64,000 nucleotides of DNA from Candidatus Omnitrophota bacterium (lineage in GTDB: Bacteria; Omnitrophota; Gorgyraeia; Zapsychrales; Zapsychraceae): NCBI GenBank assembly GCA_020053475.1, contig JAGVNC010000084.1, forward strand, positions 4,201 through 68,200, in the 5' to 3' direction. Both the position numbers and the translations under genes were made by a program. Shown here one piece after another: positions 19,565 to 29,007 of this stretch. Below the pieces are notes generated by a model. It saw only the letters and a list, made by a program, of their open reading frames with translations, was not told the DNA's origin and did not search any database. Numbering within the stretch: position 1 is the stretch's first letter; every line of letters begins with the position of its first letter.

Positions 19565-21154
19565 TTAACAAATCGAATTTTTTGTTCTTTTCCAAGACGT
19601 GAAGAACCCCCCTAAAATACAGAGAAAACATAGATAGATAAAAATATCCCCAAATGCCGTATAGAGGCTTTGGGAAGAATTCAACACCACATCTTCTTTT
19701 TTAAAGCCGGCCACATACGTCATTTTCCCTTGATTGTTTTGAACCCCGCTCGTCAGTCTTCCATACGGATCAATAAAAACACTGACGCCGGTATTGGCAG
19801 AACGGACAAAACTTCGGCGGTTTTCAACGCTCCGGAACACCGTCGACTGCACATGCATCCACGGCGCATTGGAATCCTTAAACCATCCGTCATTGGTGAT
19901 GTTCACTAAAAATTGAGCCCCCTTCTGAGTCAAGCGGCGGGAAAGTTCGGGGACCGCATCTTCAAAACAAATCAAAATCCCCATCACATAAGGGCTCCCC
20001 TGGGTCGATTTGACGGGATCTAGCGATAACGTGTTCAATTCAGCCCCACGGGTAAAATCATCTACCGGGATAATATTTTGCAGAGGCTTAGGGATGCCCC
20101 ATCGGCCCGGCAGATATTCTCCAAAAGGGACCAAATGCACCTTATCATAACGCTGCATGGTTTTCGCGTCGCTTAAAAAAAGAATCGCCGAATTATAATA
20201 TTGGCCCCCTTTTTGTGTCACAGAACCGAAAACAATAGGGATTTTGACCTTTTGCATCATCTGTTTAACCTTCATGAGCAAATTTAAATCCTGCGGCAAA
20301 AATCCCGGGAATGACGTTTCCGGCCAAATCATCAACATCGGCTTTTCTTGGGCCGCTGTTTTAGTCAACGCAATATGTTGATCCAAATTGTCTTCCCAGG
20401 ATTCCGGGCGCCATTTTGATTCCTGAGAAATGTTTGGCTGGATTGTTGTCACGCTGATAATCGGGTTAACGGACCGATCAGACAAACGATAAAATCCATA
20501 CATCAAGACCAGCCCAACAGCAATAACTGTAATCAACAAGCTCTTGAGCAATTCCCGATAAAAAACATTGTCCCGGCGCAAAATCTTCTGGACAATCTCC
20601 TTGAACACATAATTGACCATCACAATCAAAAAAGAGACTCCATACATCCCCGTCACATCGGCAACTTGAATCAACGCTAAATTCTGATATTGGGCATACG
20701 CCAACGATCCCCAATTAAATCCCGTTAAAAAATGTCCGCGAATAAATTCTAATGTCACCCATAAGCTGGGAATCATCATCAATTTGAACGAAATGGACCG
20801 ATGGCCCACCAACGCATAGGACAAACCGAATAAACCAAAATACAAAGACAAATAAAGGATGAATAAGACGACAGCAACGCCGGCCAAGAAAGAAAACCAT
20901 GTGGTCAGATGAAATAACCAATAAAAAACAATCGAACAGAACACAATCCCAAAAACGTATCCCGCTCCGAAAGCCTGGCGCAATGATCGTTCTTCCAAAA
21001 CCCAAAATAGAGGGGCAAGGCCGACCCATGTCAAAATCCACAATCGGGGGGAAAAAAACGGCAGGGCCATCAAGAGAGCCGAAGCGAAGATAAGGATAAT
21101 ATCCCTTCGTCTAAATCCATATCGATTCACGGCGTTTTTGATCGACAACAACAT
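19565..21154 (-). CDS. lnt: apolipoprotein N-acyltransferase
   Basis: Polytopic N-terminus plus C-terminal CN-hydrolase domain (VVFGSVTQ...YDKVHLVPFGEYLP); 529 aa. Confidence 0.8.
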   Translation of the reverse strand: MLLSIKNAVNRYGFRRRDIILIFASALLMALPFFSPRLWILTWVGLAPLFWVLEERSLRQAFGAGYVFGIVFCSIVFYWLFHLTTWFSFLAGVAVVLFILYLSLYFGLFGLSYALVGHRSISFKLMMIPSLWVTLEFIRGHFLTGFNWGSLAYAQYQNLALIQVADVTGMYGVSFLIVMVNYVFKEIVQKILRRDNVFYRELLKSLLITVIAVGLVLMYGFYRLSDRSVNPIISVTTIQPNISQESKWRPESWEDNLDQHIALTKTAAQEKPMLMIWPETSFPGFLPQDLNLLMKVKQMMQKVKIPIVFGSVTQKGGQYYNSAILFLSDAKTMQRYDKVHLVPFGEYLPGRWGIPKPLQNIIPVDDFTRGAELNTLSLDPVKSTQGSPYVMGILICFEDAVPELSRRLTQKGAQFLVNITNDGWFKDSNAPWMHVQSTVFRSVENRRSFVRSANTGVSVFIDPYGRLTSGVQNNQGKMTYVAGFKKEDVVLNSSQSLYTAFGDIFIYLCFLCILGGFFTSWKRTKNSIC

Positions 21155-21155
21155 T

Positions 21156-21713
21156 TTATTGAAAGGCCTCTTTAACCCGCGGGCGGGTAAAATAGAACAT
21201 AAGGGTTAAGGAAAAGACAATATCCAACCCTGTATAAAAAGCAAATGAGATCACCGGGAATAAAGGGAATTTTAACAAAGATGTCCCAATCTGTTCAGGA
21301 AACACTGGGTAAGAATTTTGATCAAATGTCGTGCCGGGGGGGAACATCGTCATGAAAAACTGTTGTTCCTGGAGAAGAGCGATATTTTGAAAAATAAAAA
21401 AAGGGTGTTTCCAGTAAAGGCCGATAAGCGACAAGGCGCACATCACCAATAGGGACTTGCGCGCAACTTCTAAATGCTTTAATAATCCGACAGCGATCGC
21501 GATCGCCATTAATCTCCAGAAGATGGAGATGGCGTAACGGAAAGGAATGATCGCGGCGGGCAATTGCTGAAACATAAATTGATAGTAAGGATAGTTCAAC
21601 AGGCCCAGCAACTTATATGCAGCCGCGAAGATCAGTAACGAGGCGAAAATGGTTATTCCTGAAAGTTTTTTCTTTTCTTCGATGGATGTTGGCCGTATCA
21701 TCGACCGCAACAT
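21156..21713 (-). CDS. membrane protein of unknown function, translationally coupled to secA (ATGA at 21698-21701)
   Basis: About 5 TM helices. Alternative ATG at 21701 overlaps the secA TGA. Confidence 0.4.
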   Translation of the reverse strand: MLRSMIRPTSIEEKKKLSGITIFASLLIFAAAYKLLGLLNYPYYQFMFQQLPAAIIPFRYAISIFWRLMAIAIAVGLLKHLEVARKSLLVMCALSLIGLYWKHPFFIFQNIALLQEQQFFMTMFPPGTTFDQNSYPVFPEQIGTSLLKFPLFPVISFAFYTGLDIVFSLTLMFYFTRPRVKEAFQ

Positions 21714-24697
21714 TTTTTATATTTCTTTCCACTGCCGCAAGGGCAAGGATCGTTACGCCCCACTTTAGGGCCGCTTTTATGGGAAGATGCGACATTCGCC
21801 GCTTCCAAAGAAGCGGCAGGCATCGGTGGCGGGCTTCCCATCTGGCGCTGCTCAGCCATTTGAGCGACTGCTTGCGATAATCCTGAAGCTTCATTGTGAA
21901 TTGTGTGCTGTGGGATGGAGCTAAAAACACCTTTCAACCGCATTGACCGTTGGGCCGGCTGAAGTTTAAAGACCATTTCGACGATTTCTTCATCCATCAT
22001 GTCGTACATGCGCTGGAACATGGCAAAGGCTTCTTTTTTATATTCAATAAGTGGGTCCCGTTGGCCGTAAGAACGTAACCCAATGCCTTCTTTAACTTGG
22101 TCCATCGTATACAGATGGTCTTTCCATTTCAAATCAATCGTGTGCAAAAAGAGCATCCTCTCCATTTGGCGTATTGATTCAGACGAAATCTCTTGCTCCT
22201 TGGCTTGATATTGCGCTTTTAATCCTTCAAGAATCGTGGTGCGAATTTCCTCTGCCGTTTTTTGTTGTAATGTTTCTTTGGATTCATTCAAGGCAAAATT
22301 CAATTTTGACTTAAGGTACAGGTCTAATCCCTCGGAATCAAATCCATCCCCGTGAATGGAAGAATACGTTGCGATGGCCCGATCAATGGTGATTGTCAAT
22401 GAATCAAAGATCAAGTTTTTGATATCCTGGCTGTCTAAAATAAACCGGCGCAGGCTATAAATCACTTCCCGCTGTTTATTCATGACATTGTCGTATTCCA
22501 ACAGATGCTTGCGGATCTCAAAATTGTGCGTTTCCACTTTCTTTTGGGCATTCTCGATGGCATTGGTGAGCCAAGGATGTTCCAGCACCTGGCCCTCTTC
22601 CATTCCTAATCGGTCCATAATGGACATAATCCTGTCCGAGGCGAACAGCCGCATCAAATCGTCCTGCAAAGAAATAAAAAAACGCGAGGATCCCGGATCT
22701 CCCTGACGGCCTTGGCGGCCGCGCAGCTGATTATCGATCCGGCGGGATTCGTGGCGTTCGGTGCCTAACACATGCAACCCTCCGACGCTGACAACTTGAT
22801 CATGCTCTTCTTTGACTTTATCGCGGAACTGCTCCACAAACTTCTTTAATAGTTCTTGTTTCTGTTGATCGCCTTCATCACCTTGTAATTTCTGGGCCAG
22901 CAAACTTTGCGCCAAATGTTCCGCGTTGCCTCCTAAGACAATGTCGGTCCCGCGCCCCGCCATGTTGGTGGCGATCGTGACGGCTTGATAACGTCCGGCC
23001 TGGGCGATAATGTGCGCTTCCATTTCATGAAATTTCGCGTTTAAGACCTGGTGGGCAATCCCCTTTTGCTTGAGCAGGCGGGAGAGCATTTCGGATTTTT
23101 CGATCGAGATGGTCCCGACCAACACCGGTTGGCCGCGCTGATGACAATCGTCGATTTCTTTCACAACGGCGTCGAATTTTTCCTTGAGTGTTTTATAAAC
23201 ACAATCGGAATGATTGACTCTTTGCAATTTTTTGTTGGTGGGGATCACAATAACATCCAAATCGTAGATCTCTTTAAACTCCATCGCTTCCGTATAAGCC
23301 GTCCCCGTCATCCCTGATAATTTTTCGTATAATCGAAAATAATTCTGAAACGTGATCGTCGCCAACGTCTGATTTTCCCGTTCAATTTTAATGCCTTCTT
23401 TGGCCTCGACCGCTTGATGCAACCCATCCGACCAGCGCCGGCCCGGCATCAAACGGCCGGTAAATTCATCGACAATAATGACTTGGCCGTCGCGCAGGAC
23501 ATAATCCACGTCCAAGGCGAAGAACTCTTTAGCCTTGAGCGCCTGAAGAACGTGATGCCGGTATTCGATCGTGTCCATGTCATGGATGTTAGCGACCCCA
23601 AACAATTGGGCCGCCTTTTCCTCTCCGATCTCAGTCAGGGAAATTGATTTCGCTTTTTCATCAGCCAAATACTCAAATCCTTCACCAAGGTTGATTTCTT
23701 GATGTTTAGCATCAATTTCATCTTTTTCCGTAATGCGCCGGCCTTTGAGCTGCTGAGTGATTTGAAAGGCTCTGTAATATTTATCCGTCGATTCCTCCGC
23801 CGGACCGGAAATGATGAGCGGTGTACGGGCCTCGTCAATCAAAATGCTGTCGACTTCGTCCACGATGGCGAAATGATGGCCGCGCTGGACCATCTCTTCC
23901 TTAAAATTGACCATGTTATCGCGCAGATAATCAAACCCAAATTCATTATTCGTTCCATACGTAATATCGCAATTGTAGGCTTGCTGACGGGAGCGCGGGT
24001 CAATATCGTGTTGAATGACCCCGACGGTCAGGCCGAGAAATTCATACAGCGGCCCCATCCACTCCCTGTCGCGTTTGGCCAAATAATCGTTAACGGTGAC
24101 GACGTGGACGCCTTCGCCGGTCAACGCGTTAAGATACGCCGCTAATGTGGCCACAAGCGTCTTTCCTTCCCCGGTCGTCATTTCCGCGATGCTCCCCTGA
24201 TGCAGGACCATCCCGCCGATCAATTGCACGTCGAAATGGCGCATCCGTAAAACGCGTTTGCCCGTCTCGCGCACAACGGCAAAGGCTTCCGGCAAAATTT
24301 CCTCAAGGATTTTCTTTTTCTCTTTGCGATAATCTTCATGGGCCTTATCAATCTGTAAATTTAAATCTTCTTTCTCTTCTTTGTCCGTGTTGCCTTGAAA
24401 ATCTTTTTCCAATTTTTCCAAGGCCTGACGCTTGCCTTGGATGGCCTGCCGGTATTGTTGTTTAAAAATTTGTGCCTTGGCTTTTAATTCGCCGTCACTT
24501 AATTTAGACATGGATTCTTCTAATCCATTGATTTTAGAGACCGTCACGCACATTTTCTTTAATAGGGAAATAGACGGCAGAGGGAGATCCTGATGCAAAA
24601 GCACTTGCACTTTAGGGTTTAAACCGTCAATAAACCGCTGAGTATTCTTTAAAGCAGATTTTTTAATAAAAAAATCAAACATAATATTTACCATCAA
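21698..24697 (-). CDS. secA: preprotein translocase ATPase SecA
   Basis: 999 aa with DEAD-motor blocks and a C-terminal zinc finger CPCGSGKKYKKCCG. The track start is TTG; ATG at 24694 or 24682 more likely. Confidence 0.95.
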   Translation of the reverse strand: MMVNIMFDFFIKKSALKNTQRFIDGLNPKVQVLLHQDLPLPSISLLKKMCVTVSKINGLEESMSKLSDGELKAKAQIFKQQYRQAIQGKRQALEKLEKDFQGNTDKEEKEDLNLQIDKAHEDYRKEKKKILEEILPEAFAVVRETGKRVLRMRHFDVQLIGGMVLHQGSIAEMTTGEGKTLVATLAAYLNALTGEGVHVVTVNDYLAKRDREWMGPLYEFLGLTVGVIQHDIDPRSRQQAYNCDITYGTNNEFGFDYLRDNMVNFKEEMVQRGHHFAIVDEVDSILIDEARTPLIISGPAEESTDKYYRAFQITQQLKGRRITEKDEIDAKHQEINLGEGFEYLADEKAKSISLTEIGEEKAAQLFGVANIHDMDTIEYRHHVLQALKAKEFFALDVDYVLRDGQVIIVDEFTGRLMPGRRWSDGLHQAVEAKEGIKIERENQTLATITFQNYFRLYEKLSGMTGTAYTEAMEFKEIYDLDVIVIPTNKKLQRVNHSDCVYKTLKEKFDAVVKEIDDCHQRGQPVLVGTISIEKSEMLSRLLKQKGIAHQVLNAKFHEMEAHIIAQAGRYQAVTIATNMAGRGTDIVLGGNAEHLAQSLLAQKLQGDEGDQQKQELLKKFVEQFRDKVKEEHDQVVSVGGLHVLGTERHESRRIDNQLRGRQGRQGDPGSSRFFISLQDDLMRLFASDRIMSIMDRLGMEEGQVLEHPWLTNAIENAQKKVETHNFEIRKHLLEYDNVMNKQREVIYSLRRFILDSQDIKNLIFDSLTITIDRAIATYSSIHGDGFDSEGLDLYLKSKLNFALNESKETLQQKTAEEIRTTILEGLKAQYQAKEQEISSESIRQMERMLFLHTIDLKWKDHLYTMDQVKEGIGLRSYGQRDPLIEYKKEAFAMFQRMYDMMDEEIVEMVFKLQPAQRSMRLKGVFSSIPQHTIHNEASGLSQAVAQMAEQRQMGSPPPMPAASLEAANVASSHKSGPKVGRNDPCPCGSGKKYKKCCGR

Positions 24698-24735
24698 ATC
24701 CTAAATCCCCCGTGCCGTCCCGGCAGGGACGGTGC

Positions 24736-24842
24736 AAAACTCTAAACTCTAAATAAATACAAAACTCAAAATCTAAAATATTTTGATCATTTGAATTTTG
24801 GGTTTACTTTGGATTTAGGATTTTGAGTTTAGAGTTTTATTT
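24736..24842. repeat. Family-A intergenic hairpin repeat, copy 4 (prfB / secA spacer)
   Basis: aaaactctaaactctaaataaatacaaaactcaaaatctaaaatatttt / gatcatttgaattttgggtttactttggatttaggattttgagtttagagtttt. Confidence 0.6.
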
Positions 24843-24850
24843 TAACGTTT

Positions 24851-25952
24851 TTACTCTTTCTTATTTGCCTTCATCCTCAAATACGCCTCAATAAACATAT
24901 CGATGTCCCCATCCATGACTTTCTGCACATTGCCTGTTTCGACATCGGTACGATGGTCTTTGACCATGGTGTAAGGATGCATGACGTACGAACGGATCTG
25001 GCTGCCCCATTCGATTTTTTGCTTTTCTCCTCGTTCCTTAGAGACCAGGGCTTCTTGATCTTTGATTTTTTGTTCATAAAGCCGGGCGCGTAAAATGCGC
25101 ATGGCCACCTGGCGGTTCTGCAACTGCGAGCGCTCGTTCTGGCATTGGACGATGATTCCCGTCGGAATATGTTTAATGCGTACCGCCGATTCCGTCGTAT
25201 TAACGCTCTGTCCACCCGGGCCTGACGAACGAAAAATATCAATCCTTAAATCTTCCGACTTGATCTCAATGTCGATGTCATCCTCAATTTCGGGAATGAT
25301 ATCCACGGATGCAAACGACGTGTGGCGGCGTTTATTGGAATCAAAAGGAGAGATCCGCACCAGCCGGTGGACCCCTTTTTCACTTTTCAGCAGGCCGTAG
25401 GCCATCGGCCCGGTGATCGATAACATGACATTTTTGATGCCCGCTTCTTCTCCCGCGAGAATGTCCAGCGCTTTTAGTTCAAATCCTTTATTCTGCGTCC
25501 ACCGTGTATACAACCGCAAAAGCATGTTGGCCCAATCACATGACTCTGTCCCCCCGGCCCCGGAATTAATGCTAAGGATCGCATTATTTTTATCAAATGG
25601 CCCGCCTAAAATCGTTTGGATTTCGGTCGCACTCGCTTCTTTCTCCAATGCCTGGAGTTCCGATTGGATTTGCGCCGTCATTGCCGCGTCCCCCTCGGCT
25701 AATGTCAGAAATTCTTTTAGATCACTGGCGCGCTTGACGCTATTCTCAAATGGCTCGACGCAACCTTTCAAATACTTTAATTCCCGCATCAATTTGTTGG
25801 CTTGCGCAGAATTGTCCCAGAAGTTCGGCTGGTTCATCTCCTGTTGAATAACGGCAATGGCTTGTTGCTTCTTAGGAAGGTCAAAGAAACCCCCTTAACG
25901 ATTGGAGTTTCCTTTCTAGCACATCAATTCTTTGCTTAATGTCGTCAATCAT
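24851..25952 (-). CDS. prfB: peptide chain release factor 2 with programmed +1 ribosomal frameshift
   Basis: Frame 0 starts ATG 25952 (MIDDIKQRIDVLERKLQSLRGFL) and ends at CTT TGA C (25886-25880), preceded by the internal SD AGGGGG. The +1 frame continues DLPKKQQAIAVIQQEMNQPNFWDN... into the 328-aa ORF 24851-25837, which contains SPFDS and GGQ (SGPGGQSVN) motifs. Confidence 0.85.
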
Positions 25953-25969
25953 TGGTTACAGGTTGCCCC

Positions 25970-26003
25970 TTCGTCAACCCATTCGACTTCGCTCCGTGTC
26001 AAC
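25970..26003. repeat. Family-E half-copy (gtcaacccattcgacttcgctc cgtgtcaac) upstream of prfB
   Basis: Matches the reverse complement of the right half of the 13897-14012 element, with a 6-nt deletion. Confidence 0.35.
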
Positions 26004-26063
26004 AAAAAGTTCATTATAACACAAGCCTTCATTCTCTCAATCAATAACAACTTTACAGCACTG

Positions 26064-27143
26064 TTATTGGAAACTATTCTTAAGCCCCTTCAGGGCCAAA
26101 TCAAATTCATCTTTACTGTCCGCCATGGCCCTCGCGGCCCCAGGATCGACAAACCCGTCTTTGACTAGCCGCACGAGCGATTGCTTGAAGGATTGCATGC
26201 CGAACAGCTCCCCCTCATCGATAAACCCCTGGATCTCCCGGATCCGCCCCTCACGGATCAAGCGCGCGATCATCGGTGTCACGACCATCGTTTCATAGGC
26301 AGGAATACGGCCTCGGCCATCTTTGCGCGGCAGAAGCCTCAACGAAATGGTCCCTCGTAAAATCAGCGATAGTTGGGTGCGCACCTCATCATGCAAATGC
26401 GGGGGGAAAAAATTCACAATGCGCATGATCGTTTGCACGGCATTAATCGTATGAAATGTCGTCATGACAAATGTCCCTAGCTCTGTCGCTGTAATGGCGG
26501 CCTGCATGGTTTCCTGGTCGCGGATATTGCCGATATAAATGATGTCCGGGCTTTGTTGGGTGACATATTTAAGCGCCTGCGGATAGGAGTGAACGTCTAA
26601 CCCCAATTCCCGCTGGTTAATCAGGCTCTTTTTATCAATAAATAAGAATTCAACCGGATCTTCAATCGTAATAATGTGTTTGTTGCAGAGATTATTGATG
26701 TATTCGATCATACTGGCGATCGTCGTGGATTTTCCGTTTCCCGCCGGGCCACAACAGAGAAACAAGCCCTTGCTTTCCTCGCAAAACAGCTTACACACCT
26801 TGGCAGGCAAATAAAGATCTTCAAAATCCTTGATATGGCTATGGACGTAGCGCGCGACCACAACAGGGGTCCCCCGCTGCATAAACACATTGACGCGAAA
26901 GCGGCCAACCCCGGGCTCTTCATGAATAAAGTCAATATCAAAATTCTCCTTGAATTGTTTACGGCGTTGCTCGTTAGACAATAGCAAATTGGTGGCGGCC
27001 AGCATCTCGTCCCGGCCGATCTCGTTATCGCCAACGAGCTGTAATTGGCCGTCGATCCGGACCCGGGGATAAGAACGTATCCGCAAGTAGAGGTCCGAGG
27101 CCCCTTTGTCCACCATCACTTGAAAAAGTTCCCGCAAATTCAT
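26064..27143 (-). CDS. pilT: type IV pilus retraction ATPase PilT/PilU family
   Basis: Walker A GPAGNGKST, Asp box, His box and overall PilT length (359 aa). Confidence 0.8.
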   Translation of the reverse strand: MNLRELFQVMVDKGASDLYLRIRSYPRVRIDGQLQLVGDNEIGRDEMLAATNLLLSNEQRRKQFKENFDIDFIHEEPGVGRFRVNVFMQRGTPVVVARYVHSHIKDFEDLYLPAKVCKLFCEESKGLFLCCGPAGNGKSTTIASMIEYINNLCNKHIITIEDPVEFLFIDKKSLINQRELGLDVHSYPQALKYVTQQSPDIIYIGNIRDQETMQAAITATELGTFVMTTFHTINAVQTIMRIVNFFPPHLHDEVRTQLSLILRGTISLRLLPRKDGRGRIPAYETMVVTPMIARLIREGRIREIQGFIDEGELFGMQSFKQSLVRLVKDGFVDPGAARAMADSKDEFDLALKGLKNSFQ

Positions 27144-27225
27144 GGCGTTGATCCTTTCAGGGGTTCAAAAGAGAATTATTCTAACACGATTTTTTCATCT
27201 TCCCAAGAGTTTCTCTCTCGACCGT

Positions 27226-27277
27226 GTTTTAGGGTTTAAGGTTTAAGGTTTAAGGTTTAAGGTTTAAGATTTAGGGG
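27226..27277. repeat. tandem heptamer array (GGTTTAA) x5 flanked by TTTAGGG-like units
   Basis: ttttagggtttaaggtttaaggtttaaggtttaaggtttaagatttagggg, read directly. Confidence 0.85.
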
Positions 27278-27575
27278 CGAGGATGACCATATATTTTAAA
27301 ACATACAAATACAAAATCATTAGAAATAAATACGTGATCAAAACCAGGCTAAAAGCCCGATTTAGAAAAAAGACGGATCCAAAGATCGAACAGATAAACA
27401 ACACAACCGCAAACCCTAATGCAAAAGGTACAGACAACCGGCCGGATGCAATCGCGCGCATTTTCTTCAAAGGATGATTTTTATCTTGTTCCCTATCGGG
27501 GATATCATTGAGGATATAAATACTGGAAGCCCCCAGGCAGAAAATAATAAACGCCTGACCAAACCTTACAACCAT
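27264..27575 (-). pseudogene. 3-prime-truncated UbiA-family prenyltransferase fragment (103 codons; stop supplied by the GGTTTAA array)
   Basis: GGAGG SD 5 nt before ATG 27575. YILNDIPDREQDKNHPLKKMRAIASGRLS is the UbiA/DPPR-synthase Asp-rich motif, followed by only two more TM helices where family members have about six. The ORF track's longer frame (to 27680) overlaps uvrC. Confidence 0.5.
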
Positions 27576-27603
27576 CTTCGCCTCCAAACCTTTGCCCCTG
27601 TTC

Positions 27604-29007
27604 CTATTTTGCTCTTCGTTTAAAAACATCTTTCCCTCGCAAAAGCCGATGATAGTTGACCGCAAACCGATGCGCCTCATTGCGAACCCTCTGAAGAAGC
27701 TGGAGGCCTAACGAATCTTCGTTAAGCCGCACCGGAATTCTGCGGTGAGGCAAGAAGATTTCTTCTTCTCTTTTGGCTAAGGCAATCATCGGGATATCGA
27801 TCCCTAATTTTTCTAAGGCCTGACAAGCGCTGGATAATTGCCCTTTCCCTCCGTCGATGACAATCAAATCAGGATAAGATGATCCTTCGTCGCGCAGTCG
27901 TCGGTAGCGTCGTGTCACAATCTCGGCAATCATTCCAAAATCGTCGATGCCCTCAACACTTTTGATGCGAAATCTTCGATAATGGTTCTTATCCGGCTTG
28001 CCGTTTAAAAACGACACCATCGACCCTGTGGCCTGTTGGCCCATGATGTTGGAGATGTCGAATGCTTCGATTCGTTCCGGTGGACGCGGGAGCCCCAAAA
28101 CCATTTTCAGCTGTTCCGCTTCTTTGGTATAATTGATGTCCTTTGTTCCCGAATAAAGAGCCCCGATCGCCCGCAATTGATCACGAATTTTAGCGGCTTT
28201 TTCATAGTGCTGTGCTTTGGTCATTGTTTCCATTTGTTGCCTAAGAGAACGATAAAGCTCATCTTTCTTCCCTTCCAAAATCAAACACACATTGTTGATG
28301 TTTCGACGATATTCTTCTTGAGACATTTTGCCTAAACAAGGCCCTTCACATAAACCGATATGAAAGTCCAAACATTCCTTCTCCGGCAAAGGATGACAAG
28401 TGCGGAAATTAAAAATTTTGCGGATGATCGTCAACGCCTCACGGACCAAACGCGGGGTCACATACGGGCCATAATAACGATTCCCTTCCTGTTTGACGCG
28501 GGGACGCTCAACACTAATGCGCGGGAACGGCTCGTTAGTGATCACAATGTAGGGATAACTTTTGTCATCCCGTAATTCCACATTGTATTTTGGTTTATAT
28601 TCCTTAACGAGGCTGGCCTCCAATAGGAGCGCTTCGGCTTCACTGGCGGTTTCCTGATAGTCAATATCATCGATCTCCCCGACAAGATGGTCGGTTTTGG
28701 TCAACGTTTTGGTCAGCCGAAAATAAGACTGGACACGCTTACGTAAAGAAATGGCCTTCCCTACGTAAATGACCCGGCCTTTAGCATTTTTCATTAAATA
28801 AACGCCGCTTGTCAGGGGAAGCATTCTAATTTTTTCTTTAAGGATCATCATAGAAGAAGTGAATCGTGAAGAGTGAATTGTCCCGTGGAAGGCAAAGCCT
28901 TCCCGGAATTTTAAATCCCCGAAATCGCGTTGCGATTTCAGGGGATATCTAGCAAGCCTCGAGATACTCTTCACTAGATACTCTTCACTCTTCGTATCCA
29001 TTCCCAA
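27604..29007 (-). CDS. uvrC: excinuclease ABC subunit C, short form lacking the C-terminal (HhH)2 domain
   Basis: GIY-YIG block (GVYLMKNAKGRVIYVGKA), UvrB-interacting region and RNase-H-like endonuclease domain (DGGKGQL...AKREEEIF). The protein ends after that. The 29007 start is TTG; ATG at 29001 or 28851 are alternatives. Confidence 0.7.
   Translation of the reverse strand: MGMDTKSEEYLVKSISRLARYPLKSQRDFGDLKFREGFAFHGTIHSSRFTSSMMILKEKIRMLPLTSGVYLMKNAKGRVIYVGKAISLRKRVQSYFRLTKTLTKTDHLVGEIDDIDYQETASEAEALLLEASLVKEYKPKYNVELRDDKSYPYIVITNEPFPRISVERPRVKQEGNRYYGPYVTPRLVREALTIIRKIFNFRTCHPLPEKECLDFHIGLCEGPCLGKMSQEEYRRNINNVCLILEGKKDELYRSLRQQMETMTKAQHYEKAAKIRDQLRAIGALYSGTKDINYTKEAEQLKMVLGLPRPPERIEAFDISNIMGQQATGSMVSFLNGKPDKNHYRRFRIKSVEGIDDFGMIAEIVTRRYRRLRDEGSSYPDLIVIDGGKGQLSSACQALEKLGIDIPMIALAKREEEIFLPHRRIPVRLNEDSLGLQLLQRVRNEAHRFAVNYHRLLRGKDVFKRRAK

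Noticed and set aside
24706-24731. Hairpin ccgtcccggcagggacgg as the prfB terminator
   Set aside because: No T-run follows on the minus strand. It may instead belong to the secA leader, so it is not called.
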